A stretch of DNA of 60,049 nt, the filler included. It is 10 parts of 10 records of this genome, joined end to end, with 100 filler letters (N's around TTAATTAATTAA, not from the genome) between each part and the next. Parts side by side here need not be neighbours in the genome. Positions count along the whole stretch, not along the records: positions 31,176 to 37,517 come from SRR31147125_286677; positions 37,618 to 43,615 come from SRR31147125_287231; 8 more parts are not named here. The stretch is one strand, 5' to 3'. Shown here one piece after another: positions 31,309 through 42,100 of this stretch. The first letter of the stretch is position 1, and each line of letters starts with the position of its first letter. A model generated the notes under the pieces. It had not been told where the DNA came from, made no database searches, and worked only from the letters and a program-made list of their open reading frames with translations. The position numbers and the translations under genes are program-made.

Positions 31309-32762
31309 AACACGGACCGGGAATGAGCGGGTTGATACTTGATGAACCGCTGCTCTGGGAAAAGGGAAAAGCGGGGCGCCGGGCGTACAGCATGCCGGAG
31401 CGCGATGTCCCCGAACAGGAGATCGACGACGCGCTTACCGGCGATGGACCGGATTTCCCCGATCTGGGGGAACTCGATGTGGTTCGACACTATACTCGGC
31501 TTTCCCAGTGGAACTTCGGCATCGATACCGGGATCTACCCGCTCGGCTCCTGTACGATGAAGTATAACCCGAAGATCAACGAGAAGATGGCGGCGACCCC
31601 CGGCCTGGCGGCGGCGCATCCGTTGCTGGAAGCGGAGTGGTCCCAGGGGATTCTCCAGCTCCAATACGATCTCCAGCAGTTTCTCGCCGACATCACCGGG
31701 ATGGATGCGGTATCGCTGCAGCCGGCTGCCGGCGCCCACGGTGAGATGACCGCGATGTTGATGTTCGCCGCCTGTCTCCGCAAGCGGGGTGAGCAGCGTA
31801 CGAAGATCCTGATCCCCGACACCGCCCACGGCACCAATCCGGCCAGCGCGTCGCTCTGCGGATTCACGTCGGTTCCCGTCAAATCCGGCGACAACGGTAT
31901 CCTTGACCCGGCAGATGTGGACGCACTGATGGACGAGGAGACGGCCGGCATTATGGTGACCAACCCGAACACGCTCGGGCTGTTCGAACAGAATATCAGG
32001 GACGTGTGCGAAATCGTGCATAAAAAAGGCGGCCTCGTGTACGGCGACGGGGCCAATATGAACGCGGTGATGGGTATTGTGGACATGAAGCGGTGCGGGA
32101 TCGACGCGGTCCACCTGAACCTCCACAAGACCTTCTCGACGCCGCACGGCGGCGGCGGTCCCGGGGCGGGACCCATCTGTGTTGTCGAGGAACTTGAGCC
32201 GTTTCTGCCGGTTCCCCGGATTGATCTCGTTGACGGCAGGTATGTGCTGAACTGCGAGCGGGGAGATTCAATCGGTCGGGTGCACGGATTTTTCGGCAAT
32301 GTCAGCGTGCTGGTCAGGGCGTACAGCTATATCCTGTCGATGGGCGGGGAAAACCTGAAGAAGGCGAGTCAGCTGGCAGTGCTCAATGCGGCCTACGTGA
32401 AGGAGAAGCTCAAGGATACCTTCGAGCTGGCGTACAACCGGCCGTGCATGCACGAGAGTGTGTTCTCTGACGCCCGGCAGCAGGCCTTCAAGGTGACCAC
32501 GCTCGACATGGCCAAGCGATTGATCGATCACGGTTACCATCCGCCAACCATCTACTTTCCGCTGGTGGTCCCCGGGGCGATCATGATCGAGCCGACCGAG
32601 ACCGAGTGCAAAGACGATCTTGATGGGTTCATCGATGTGTTCAAAGCGGTTGCCGCCCAGGCGGAAACCGATGGAGACGGGCTCCGTGAGGCACCCGTCC
32701 GTACCAAGGTCCGCAGGCTCGACGAAACGCTCGCCGCGCGCAAACCATGTCTGAGAGGTTAG
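31305..32762 (+). CDS. gcvPB: Glycine dehydrogenase subunit 2
   Basis: YPLGSCTMKYNP, QPAAGAHGE, AHGTNPASA, HLNLHKTFSTPHGGGGPG. Confidence 0.97.
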   Translation: MKHGPGMSGLILDEPLLWEKGKAGRRAYSMPERDVPEQEIDDALTGDGPDFPDLGELDVVRHYTRLSQWNFGIDTGIYPLGSCTMKYNPKINEKMAATPGLAAAHPLLEAEWSQGILQLQYDLQQFLADITGMDAVSLQPAAGAHGEMTAMLMFAACLRKRGEQRTKILIPDTAHGTNPASASLCGFTSVPVKSGDNGILDPADVDALMDEETAGIMVTNPNTLGLFEQNIRDVCEIVHKKGGLVYGDGANMNAVMGIVDMKRCGIDAVHLNLHKTFSTPHGGGGPGAGPICVVEELEPFLPVPRIDLVDGRYVLNCERGDSIGRVHGFFGNVSVLVRAYSYILSMGGENLKKASQLAVLNAAYVKEKLKDTFELAYNRPCMHESVFSDARQQAFKVTTLDMAKRLIDHGYHPPTIYFPLVVPGAIMIEPTETECKDDLDGFIDVFKAVAAQAETDGDGLREAPVRTKVRRLDETLAARKPCLRG

Positions 32763-32771
32763 CCCCGGTCC

Positions 32772-34358
32772 ATGCACATTGAACAGCACGGGCTTGTAGA
32801 CTACGAACAGGCCCACAGGCGTCAACTCGATCTGGTCGCGGAACTGCAGCAGAATCCGGACAGGGAGGACGTCTGTCTGATGCTTGAACACCCATCGGTG
32901 TTCACGCTGGGCAGGAACGGCAAGGTCGAACATATCGGCGTCCCGAAGTCATTTCTCCTGGATAGAGAGATCTCCACCGTTACCGTCGAGCGGGGAGGGG
33001 AGGTCACCTACCACGGGCCGGGACAGCTGGTCTGCTACCCGGTGATTCGTCTGAAAAAGTATGGGCTGAGTGTTGTCGACTATGTCAATACTCTCGAGCA
33101 GGTGATGATCGACACCGCGCGCTCCTTCGGTATCAACGCCGAGCGCGACGCCCGCAATCGGGGGGTCTGGTTCGAAGGGAACAAACTGGGCAGCATCGGC
33201 ATCGCGGTCAGGAGGGGCATCGCCTTTCACGGGCTGGCGCTCAATGTCAACCCCGACCTGACTCCGTTTACCTGGATCAACCCGTGCGGTATGAGTGACG
33301 TGTCGCTAACATCGATGCAGGAAGCACTGAAGCGAGACATTTCAGTTGCCGAGGTCAGGGAGGTGCTTGCTGCACAGCTGATGAAAACGTTACCAGGAGA
33401 TTCTGGAACAATGACCGCCGAGGACGGTGATACGATTCGGTCCGCTGTGTCCGGCAAGGTGCGCCAGAAGCGGCAGCCGAAACCCCGCTGGCTGAAGAAG
33501 AAGCTGCCCAGCGGCCCGGACTATGAACGGGTTCGACGGCTGGTGGGTGCGACCAACCTCCACACGGTCTGCAGCGAGGCTCGCTGCCCGAACCAGTTCG
33601 AGTGTTTCGGTAAGGGGACGGCGACTTTCATGATCATGGGGGAGCGCTGCACGAGGAACTGCCGGTTCTGTGCGGTCGGGCACGGTGACCTCGAACCCCT
33701 TGACGACGGCGAGCCCCAGCGTATTGCGGAAGCCGTCGCCGAAATGGGACTCGACTACACGGTGCTGACCTCGGTGACCAGAGATGACCTGCCTGACGGT
33801 GGGGCGGACCATTTCGTGCAGACGATTGATGCGATTCGCACCCGTTGTCCGGGAACCCTGGTTGAGGTTCTGATCCCCGACCTGCAGGGAGACAGCGAAG
33901 CGCTCGGTGCGATTTGCCGTGCGCAACCGGCCGTTTTGAACCACAACGTGGAAACGGTCGCATCGCTCTATCCCCGGGTGCGGCCCCAGGCCATCTATGA
34001 ACGGTCGTTGGCGCTGCTGCGCTGGGTGAAGCGAAACGATCCGAGCCAGGTGACCAAATCCGGGCTGATGGTCGGGCTTGGCGAGAGTCGGGACGAGCTG
34101 ATCGACACGATGCATGATATCCGGGAGAGCGGCTGCGAGCTGCTGACCATCGGTCAGTATCTGCAGCCGACCACTGAGCAGCTCGAAGTGAGCAGCTACA
34201 TCCCCCCGGATGTATTCGATGAATATCGCGATATCGGGTTGCAGCTCGGATTCTTGGCAGTCGCATCCGGCCCACATGTGCGCAGCTCATATCGCGCCGG
34301 GCACCTGTTCCGCTCGATCAGCAGAAAGACAGAGGAGCACGGTGAAGGCGTTCTCTAG
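32772..34358 (+). CDS. lipB-lipA: Fused octanoyltransferase LipB and lipoyl synthase LipA
   Basis: LipB motifs EHPSVFTLG, RGGEVTYHGPGQ, KLGSIG, INPCG; LipA motifs CSEARCPNQFEC, CTRNCRFC, RSSY; one continuous frame. Confidence 0.9.
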   Translation: MHIEQHGLVDYEQAHRRQLDLVAELQQNPDREDVCLMLEHPSVFTLGRNGKVEHIGVPKSFLLDREISTVTVERGGEVTYHGPGQLVCYPVIRLKKYGLSVVDYVNTLEQVMIDTARSFGINAERDARNRGVWFEGNKLGSIGIAVRRGIAFHGLALNVNPDLTPFTWINPCGMSDVSLTSMQEALKRDISVAEVREVLAAQLMKTLPGDSGTMTAEDGDTIRSAVSGKVRQKRQPKPRWLKKKLPSGPDYERVRRLVGATNLHTVCSEARCPNQFECFGKGTATFMIMGERCTRNCRFCAVGHGDLEPLDDGEPQRIAEAVAEMGLDYTVLTSVTRDDLPDGGADHFVQTIDAIRTRCPGTLVEVLIPDLQGDSEALGAICRAQPAVLNHNVETVASLYPRVRPQAIYERSLALLRWVKRNDPSQVTKSGLMVGLGESRDELIDTMHDIRESGCELLTIGQYLQPTTEQLEVSSYIPPDVFDEYRDIGLQLGFLAVASGPHVRSSYRAGHLFRSISRKTEEHGEGVL

Positions 34359-34442
34359 CTTTCGTCCCATCGCCTGCGAAAGGGCCGGTGTTGTGACTGC
34401 TCCGGTGCAGGCAAAACGTGAAGCAAACAGGACTGTGTCTCC

Positions 34443-35321
34443 ATGACCGGCGGACTTTTCGCGATACTCGATGATATAGCGGCGCTGCTCGATGATGCGG
34501 CGGTGATGAGCAAGGTGGCGGCCAAGAAAACCGCTGGCATCCTCGGAGACGACCTCGCGGTAAACGCCGAGAAGGCGACCGGTTTCCGTGCGTCCCGGGA
34601 GTTGCCCGTGTTGTGGGCGATCACCAGGGGATCGTTTCTCAACAAGGTGATCATCGTCCCGATCGCCATGCTGCTGAGCGCTTATGCCTCCTGGCTGATC
34701 GTACCGATACTCCTGCTCGGCGGGGCCTACCTGAGCTACGAAGGAATGGAAAAGATCTTCCATTACGTCGCCCACCGCGGCCATCATGAAAAAAGTACTG
34801 AAGAGCCGGAGATGGTCGGACAGCAGGAGTTGCTGCAACGGGAGAAGGCGAAGATCAAATCCGCTGTGCGCACCGACTTTATCCTCTCCATCGAGATCAT
34901 CATGATCGCGCTCGGCACAGTGATGGATAAGCCGCTCGCGCTGCAGGTCATTGTCGTGAGCCTCATCGCGCTGCTGGCGACGGTCGGGGTGTACGGGCTG
35001 GTGGCGCTTATCGTGCGTATGGATGACGCGGGTTTCTTCCTGATCAGGAAAGCGGCATCGATGTCGTCCGCGGTGCGCACGCTCGTGTCGTCCCTCGGCG
35101 AGCTGCTGGTCAGGTCACTGCCGCTGGTGATTCGGGCTCTGGCCGTGATCGGAACCGTTGCGATGCTGCTTGTCGGGGGCGGCATGTTCACCCACAATCT
35201 CCATTCTCTTCACCACCTCACCGAAATGGTTCCTGCGGTTTTCCCCAATCTACTTATCGGGTGTGTGGTCGGAACCGCACTGGTGCTTGCTCATAAGCTG
35301 GTTGCCAGGATCAGATCGTAG
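34443..35321 (+). CDS. DUF808 (YedI-like) inner-membrane protein
   Basis: LLDDAAVMSKVAAKKTAGILGDDLAVNAE, RELPV, RTDFILSIEI, IVRMDD. Confidence 0.92.
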   Translation: MTGGLFAILDDIAALLDDAAVMSKVAAKKTAGILGDDLAVNAEKATGFRASRELPVLWAITRGSFLNKVIIVPIAMLLSAYASWLIVPILLLGGAYLSYEGMEKIFHYVAHRGHHEKSTEEPEMVGQQELLQREKAKIKSAVRTDFILSIEIIMIALGTVMDKPLALQVIVVSLIALLATVGVYGLVALIVRMDDAGFFLIRKAASMSSAVRTLVSSLGELLVRSLPLVIRALAVIGTVAMLLVGGGMFTHNLHSLHHLTEMVPAVFPNLLIGCVVGTALVLAHKLVARIRS

Positions 35322-35324
35322 CCG

Positions 35325-36215
35325 ATGACGAACGACAGGGAGATACCGGGGAAGGATTCCCTGCTTGATCCGCGTCGCCAGGACGAGCTCAGGAGGCACG
35401 GAGTCGGGGATGATGCGATCTTCTGTTTTCGCTCTGAAATCTATGACTATTATCGGCAGAGTGGTCGTGAGTTCAGCTGGCGCAGCAATCCGAGCCCGTA
35501 CCGGGTTCTGGTCTCTGAGATCATGCTGCAGCAGACCCAGACCGGTCGGGTGGCCGACAAGTTCGAGCCTTTCATCGAGCGGTTTCCCGGCTTTTCCGAA
35601 CTGGCTGCGGCGCCGTTCAGCGACGTTCTCCGACTCTGGAAGGGACTTGGCTACAATCGCCGGGCCAGATACCTGCAGGACTGTGCGGCCCTCGTGGCCA
35701 CGGAGTACGATGGACGGCTCCCGGATAATCCCGACACGCTGATCCGCTTCCCCGGTATCGGCAAGGCGACGGCGGCATCGATCTGCGTGTTCGCGTTCAA
35801 CCGGCCGCATGCGTTCATCGAGACCAATATTCGCACCGTCTTCATCCACAGTTTCTTTAGCGACCGGACACAGGTTACGGACCGGGAGATAATGGCTCTG
35901 GTCGAACTGAGTCTCGACACCGAAAACCCGCGCCAGTGGTTCTACGCGCTGATGGATTTCGGCGTCATGCTCAAGAAGGAAGTGGGTAATGTGAACAAAA
36001 AGAGCCGTCACTACCACCGGCAGTCACCCTTTGCCGGTTCAGACCGTCAGCTGCGCGGACGAATTCTCCAGGCGTTGCTTGATCACCACGCCATCGTGAC
36101 TTCCGATCTTCCCGCACTGCTCGGCGAGCCGGTCGAGCGCCTCCGACCGCTGATCGACGCGCTCTGCACGGAAGGACTGGTTCGGGAAAACAGCGAGATG
36201 TTGAAACTTGCCTGA
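35325..36215 (+). CDS. mutY: A/G-specific adenine glycosylase, MutY-like, lacking Fe-S motif
   Basis: PYRVLVSEIMLQQTQ, WKGLGYNRRA, HhH FPGIGKATA; no CX6CX2CX5C motif. Confidence 0.85.
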   Translation: MTNDREIPGKDSLLDPRRQDELRRHGVGDDAIFCFRSEIYDYYRQSGREFSWRSNPSPYRVLVSEIMLQQTQTGRVADKFEPFIERFPGFSELAAAPFSDVLRLWKGLGYNRRARYLQDCAALVATEYDGRLPDNPDTLIRFPGIGKATAASICVFAFNRPHAFIETNIRTVFIHSFFSDRTQVTDREIMALVELSLDTENPRQWFYALMDFGVMLKKEVGNVNKKSRHYHRQSPFAGSDRQLRGRILQALLDHHAIVTSDLPALLGEPVERLRPLIDALCTEGLVRENSEMLKLA

Positions 36216-36245
36216 CAGGTCGTTTTAACGCGTGAAACATCCATC

Positions 36246-37394
36246 CTACACCCCGGTAATCGACCCGGTTTCGACCAGCCTTTCTCCTTTCGTCTCCTGA
36301 AAAAAGAGATGGAGAAACAGGCAGTACGTGATGATCGCGGCAAGGGCGATCAGCGGGTTTGTTTTACCCAGCGGGGCCAGCACGCCGATTACCAGCCAGT
36401 GGAAGAAGATGATTACCCATGAGTTGAGCCGGAGCGGGAAGTCATTCCAGCGGATCAGGATAAGCAGGCCGCTGAGCCCCCACCCGTACAACGATAGGTA
36501 GGAGTGACCATTGAGGAGCAGCCTGCCCCAGCGTGCGTACTCTTCCGCGTAGTTGGCAAGCTCGATGTAGAAGATGCCGGTGATGCCGGTAAAGACCAGA
36601 AAACTCATGCCCGAAAGCAGGAAGTGTTTCTGCTGCTGGTTGATGCCGAGGAGCAGAAAAAACGAGAAAATGAGCATCACGGTGATGAAGAGCAGGGTCG
36701 CGATCGCAAACTCGGCCATGCGCATCTCGAACACGATGAACAAAAAGAAGATGATGACTCCGAGATTGATCGTCCAGAAGAAGCTCTGCTTGATATACCT
36801 CAACGGTTTGCTCAGATCCCTCCTGATAAACGAGAACATCACCGACATCGTGATCAGGGATACCGGAAAGGAGTAGCCGAGGAAGAACACGTCGAGGGTC
36901 AGGTTCTTGTACGGCAGCCAGTGCAGGGAGGTGTCGTTGAGCAGCACGAAGGTCGCGATAAACAGGCCGAGGGAGAGGCAGAGCACCGATGCGTGGTGAA
37001 ATTTGTCGACCACCGAGACCTGCAGGTCGAACAGCTCGCGCGGGAGAAACGAGAACGACCTGATCCTGACCCATTCGACGAGCAGGCCAAGTGAAAAGGA
37101 GATCAGTGCGGCGGCCGGGTAGATTTTCAGAAAGGCGAGCAGCGCATACAACATACTCAGCGCCAGAAAGAGATAACATCTGAAGGATGGCTTTGCGTCG
37201 TTTTCGGTGTGGTACAGGATAATGAAGCCGCCGGCGCAGAGGTTGAAAAGGAAGATGTGCAGCCGCTCGAAATTAAGATTCCAGAGCTGATCGGCAAAGC
37301 CGAGCATGAACGCGGAAACCATCAGTGCGAGGATGACGACACGCAGCGGTCTGCTGCTGAAAAAGGATTCGTGTATGGGCTGGTCGATGCGCAT
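36246..37394 (-). CDS. Polytopic membrane protein of unknown function
   Basis: About 12 hydrophobic segments with several intramembrane His; start uncertain (37394 or upstream). Confidence 0.75.
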   Translation of the reverse strand: MRIDQPIHESFFSSRPLRVVILALMVSAFMLGFADQLWNLNFERLHIFLFNLCAGGFIILYHTENDAKPSFRCYLFLALSMLYALLAFLKIYPAAALISFSLGLLVEWVRIRSFSFLPRELFDLQVSVVDKFHHASVLCLSLGLFIATFVLLNDTSLHWLPYKNLTLDVFFLGYSFPVSLITMSVMFSFIRRDLSKPLRYIKQSFFWTINLGVIIFFLFIVFEMRMAEFAIATLLFITVMLIFSFFLLLGINQQQKHFLLSGMSFLVFTGITGIFYIELANYAEEYARWGRLLLNGHSYLSLYGWGLSGLLILIRWNDFPLRLNSWVIIFFHWLVIGVLAPLGKTNPLIALAAIITYCLFLHLFFQETKGERLVETGSITGV

Positions 37395-37617
37395 GACGGT
37401 GTTTATCGGGAGAAGGTTGTTGTCGCGAACTATTGAATAAAAATCCGATAATTGCAACCTCGTTGAGCGGTTGGTTGGAAAAAGCACCTGGAGGAATGCA
37501 TCCGCGTGCTTGAATTGNNNNNNNNNNNNNNNNNNNNNNNNNNNNNNNNNNNNNNNNNNNNTTAATTAATTAANNNNNNNNNNNNNNNNNNNNNNNNNNN
37601 NNNNNNNNNNNNNNNNN

Positions 37618-39014
37618 TTTATAACGAACGCGCGATTCCCTTACCAGGAAGATCTTTCGCGTTGAGACCCATCTGGGATGCATGACCCGCATACTTGACT
37701 CCATCCAAGTGCACACAAGACAGCTTGCCCCTTGACATGACAGCCACATCGTGGTAATTCTTGAATGTTTCCTCATTGTCCATATCCGGATTAACAAAGA
37801 GCCACATCAGTGGAAGACCACGATTGAAATACTTGCGGTAGTTGTCGGGACCAATCGCACTCTGCAAGAATGAGAAAAAGAACAAAGGAAAAATGGAGAA
37901 AAGATAGCGTACCACAAGAGGGAAGGAGTTCTCCTGGATGAAAGCCGTCAAGGCGTCAACATCCCATGCGCCGCTGTAGGGAACACGTCCTTCATCAAAG
38001 GATTTGAACAGAACAACTTTCGGCACCTCCTCCACCTGATTGAGTGAATATATACAATCAGAAGGGGGAAAGGAGGAGGTTGGGTCGTCCCCTTTCACAC
38101 CTCAAACTCCTGAGCGAGTTTCGTTGTTTCACAAAACATGAATTCGCCACGGAGAGCCTTGGCAGTGTTCATGAACATGTCGTATTCTGTGCCGTGTGCG
38201 TAAGCATCCCACCCCACCTGTAGGGTCCCCATACCATTCGAGGACTGATCGGCAAAGAACCCAATCACAACGACACTCTCGGAGTTGATGAGGGCGTCTG
38301 CCTCCTCCTTGGTGGAGAGAGGAGTTGCAGCGGGTCCGGTTCGCCTGGTAGACAGACGCCTTTGTAAAACGATCCTCACGAGCCGTGCCCCCATCCATCA
38401 TCGCACTTCTTGAGATAGGAGACGATCGCCTCAGCCGTACGCGCTCCCTCGTAGTCTGTCTCCTCGCCATTGCTGTGCATTTCATCACCAACGGCCTCGT
38501 GCCTTGTCTCTTCAGATCCCATCCACGCACATGAAGACCTTGATGGTGGGATAGCCGCGAATGGCAAAGCGTTCGCTCAGTGCGGTCTCCTTGGTGCTCT
38601 CAACCTTGCCTAGCACGATTCCCTGGTCCTTGAGTATCGTTGCCGCCTTCTCAAACTCGGGTGCGAGACGCTTGCAGTGTCCACACCCTGGGGGAACGTG
38701 TCAAGGGCATCCGAGTGTGGCAGGCAGGCGGGTGGGCGGGCAGACAACGAAAGGCCTACATGGTGCGTAGAACTCCACCATTAGGAGTTCCTTTGTCTTC
38801 AAATACTCGTCGAAGTTGCCCTGTCCCACACACATCGTCCATCACTATCGCTGTCGCGTTCTCCTTCACCCTCTTCTTCTACACCCGTCCAGTAGGCACA
38901 CCGCACCTCATTCAACACCACGACGTCGGACTCTTCTTCGGCACACACAACGCACACTGCCATCAAGAGGACGGCAGAGGCAATCAGAACAGTGGTACAA
39001 CCAGCACGGGACAT
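37618..39014 (-). CDS. PDI: Protein disulfide isomerase, 3' partial, at least 7 introns
   Basis: Signal peptide, [18 protein letters not shown] (Trp codon split by a GT-AG intron), [15 protein letters not shown], b and b' domains. Confidence 0.93.
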
Positions 39015-39108
39015 CGTGGAGATGGATGCCACAGAGGGAAAGGAGACAGGGAGGCAGGGAGGAGAAAGGGTGTACGGATGAGGGGATCGGATCGATCATC
39101 CCCATCAT

Positions 39109-42100
39109 TCATCTCCTCCGGTGGATGAAGACAGGGGAAACACCGGCTGCAGATGACACGTTGTCTTCATCTTCCGTGTCACGTTCTTCTGAATCCTCTG
39201 GGAAAGGGGATTAGTGATGTTTGTGACGTAACGCGGATCCATTGACCACTGGGTACCCACAACCCACCCATATCAACATCACGGACGAATCCTTGAACTC
39301 CACGCCTCGCTGAACCGAATATTATGTGAGAAAAACAAAATCCGAAGACACCACACCTCAAGCAAAACAAACCTGTGAAGCTGCGAGGCCCAAGCGTCAG
39401 TCAGCAAGACACAACCCAACCACAGTCGTACCGATTCATAGAGAAAGGAAGTGGTGTGGTCTGTTTCCCTTCGGTCCGTGTTGCATGAATTCTCGGGGTT
39501 CGCTGCGTCACACCATCAGTGTGTGTGTGTTGATTCTACAAACTGCGTACCAAGAGTGGCTCCGCTGCTGCTTTTTCTGGGAGACCCTCCTCATGAGAAT
39601 TCCAGTGCGTGGCAGAACACATCTTCTTGTGAAGTTCCACAATGTTGTCCACAGGTGTTCGATGCGGTATGGTGCCGGAGACGTCGTACGTTCCCCTTTT
39701 GTGCCAGTCCATTGCCTCTTCATATCTGAAACGGATAGGGTGTGTCCGTCCAGCCGCTGCCATTGAGACACGAAGAAGTACGCACCGACATTGTTGAAGA
39801 AGATAAATCACGCGGAGTGTGTCGCTTCCTTGAGCAGAGTCAAAAATGGTTCCCTCCTCCTCGACGGTAAGGGGCATACGAAGTAGTTCTTTCATCCGTT
39901 TCTCTGGTAAACCAACAAAACGTGAGACAGAAAGGGCATACAATCCCGCAAGCAACCCACCTGTTTCACACCACGAAACAATCTGCTTGAGAAGCATATC
40001 TCGCTGTTCCCTCGATCCTTCACAAGCTCGACGCTACCTTCCGTTTGAGGTGCATCCAAGCAGTGTGTGTACAAAATACTCACTTGAAGCATGAACGCCT
40101 CCTGCAGAAGACCGCCTGCAAGAAGGACGCGACATGCAATCAACATCTCCTTCGTACTTGTGAGAGGAGTGGGAGCCATCTTCACACGATACAGGGCCAG
40201 GGCATCCGGGACATTCCCCAAATCCAACAACACCTCCACAATTTCACAGGGCCACTCCACGAGGGCTTGCGGGCGCAGCAGGTATTCACATGCCTCCCGA
40301 GTGTGGGCACAACAGTCCAACCAAAAAATGCCCCACAAGAAGTATTGGAGACCCTCTGTGAGAGAGAACGTTTTGGCGAAATCCTCCACGGCCACAACAA
40401 GTGTCTCATAGTGTTGCTGGCGTTCCATGTGCAGAAGATCCACGAGAAGATAGAACATCTGTCACAAATCAAGGAAGCACAAAGGTGGTGGCAAGCCATT
40501 GCACAAAGGATACAAGGCGCTGCTTCGGCTCAACGTCTGAGGGCGTGCCACAGTCAAAGAGGCTGAGTATATCCCCCAGAGACTGAGGTGGATAGGTAAA
40601 GGCCCCTTCCTCCCCGAACTCCCTCGTAAGTCGGTCCACAAAAAGAACGGGGCTGGGCTCGAAATAAGGCACAATGGAGAGGAGGGAATCCACTGTCACG
40701 AACCGCTCCGAAGAACGTTGCGAGGAGGCGAGGATGTCCCGTCTTTGTGAACAGGTGTGATGAAGCGTACGTAGGGATGCTGCTATCTCGGGCCCAAACA
40801 AGGAAGGAAAACGGAGAACCCACCCAAACAACTCCAAGAACTGGCACGATCTGGTGAACAAACCCTGCACCTGTCCGTCCAATGAGCTTACCTCGGCAGA
40901 CAGAAACACCTCGTCCACATCTTGTTCCAAAGCTGTGCGGCCTTGTTGTGTTGTCTCCATGAGCTGTTGCAGTTGCAGGAGTGCACGAAAGATATGATGG
41001 AGTCCCGAAACACGAGACAGGAAGGACGCGACTTCATCGATAACTGTGGCGTCTACCAAACGTTCCTCATACATCACAGTAGGGTCTTACAAATGCATTA
41101 AGGAACCAATCGTCAATCAAGGTGAGGAGACAAGGGGATACACATGCGGCGATAATCCTGCTGCAGAGTCGCCAAAGACCCACGTGCCCAATGCAGAAGC
41201 GTTCGTGGGGTAAGTGTGTGTGTGTTATCATCGTCATCGGTGTTGCCATTGATCAGATCGCCTTCTGTTGTTAGGAATGCAATACCTGAAACCCAGTCAA
41301 AGAGATTCCACAAACCAGGACGTCGCGTACATTCCGTTATCAGTGGGAACATATCAAAGCGCAACAATGTTTCCAGAACCTCCTTTTGTTGGTGGATAGG
41401 ATCCGCCTCGGCGATGGGATCGTATGCGATGGGCAGAAGTTCCACTTGCTGCATTTTCTTGTATAACTCAGCGGGCTTGAGAGCCAATTTCTCCGCCTGC
41501 AGACTCGATAGCAGCTGGGGAGGGGAGGATGTTGGTTCTCGGGTATGGAGAAGTGCTGTGTGTACCATCTCCATGGGCGAGTGGAGCGTTACATCGATGG
41601 CCCCACGCTCTCCAAAGACCCAACCCTTCAAAAAGTGGACCCGTGTCCTCCTCGAGTCTTCCCGCATGCCATCCACATAGAATCCCTGTTCCGCTCCGTG
41701 TCAGGGCCCAGCCTTCCGTTCATCTTAGCTTGTGGCGTACCAACATTCGCCCCACATCTCCACCGGTGGCCTCGGGCCCGAGGTCAATCGTGAAATGAGC
41801 TCGTTTCTCCTGTGAAGGGTCCAATGCATCCACAACTTCTAGCAGGACCATTTCACTCGTGTTGCCCATGTATCCGTCCCATACCATCACCGCAGTGGCA
41901 GAAGGGATTTCTGTGGAGAAACCGGGATCAGATTCCCTCAGGAAGGATGAACGTGGTGCATACCGGTATGGACAGGATACACATTAACCAATCGTGCAGG
42001 GAGGCGCCCTATCATGTCACACTGGAATTCCCGAATCACTCTTGCGCTCCACGAAGCCTCCTCCTCTTTCTTGAGCTCGTAGACACGAACGAGATTTCTA

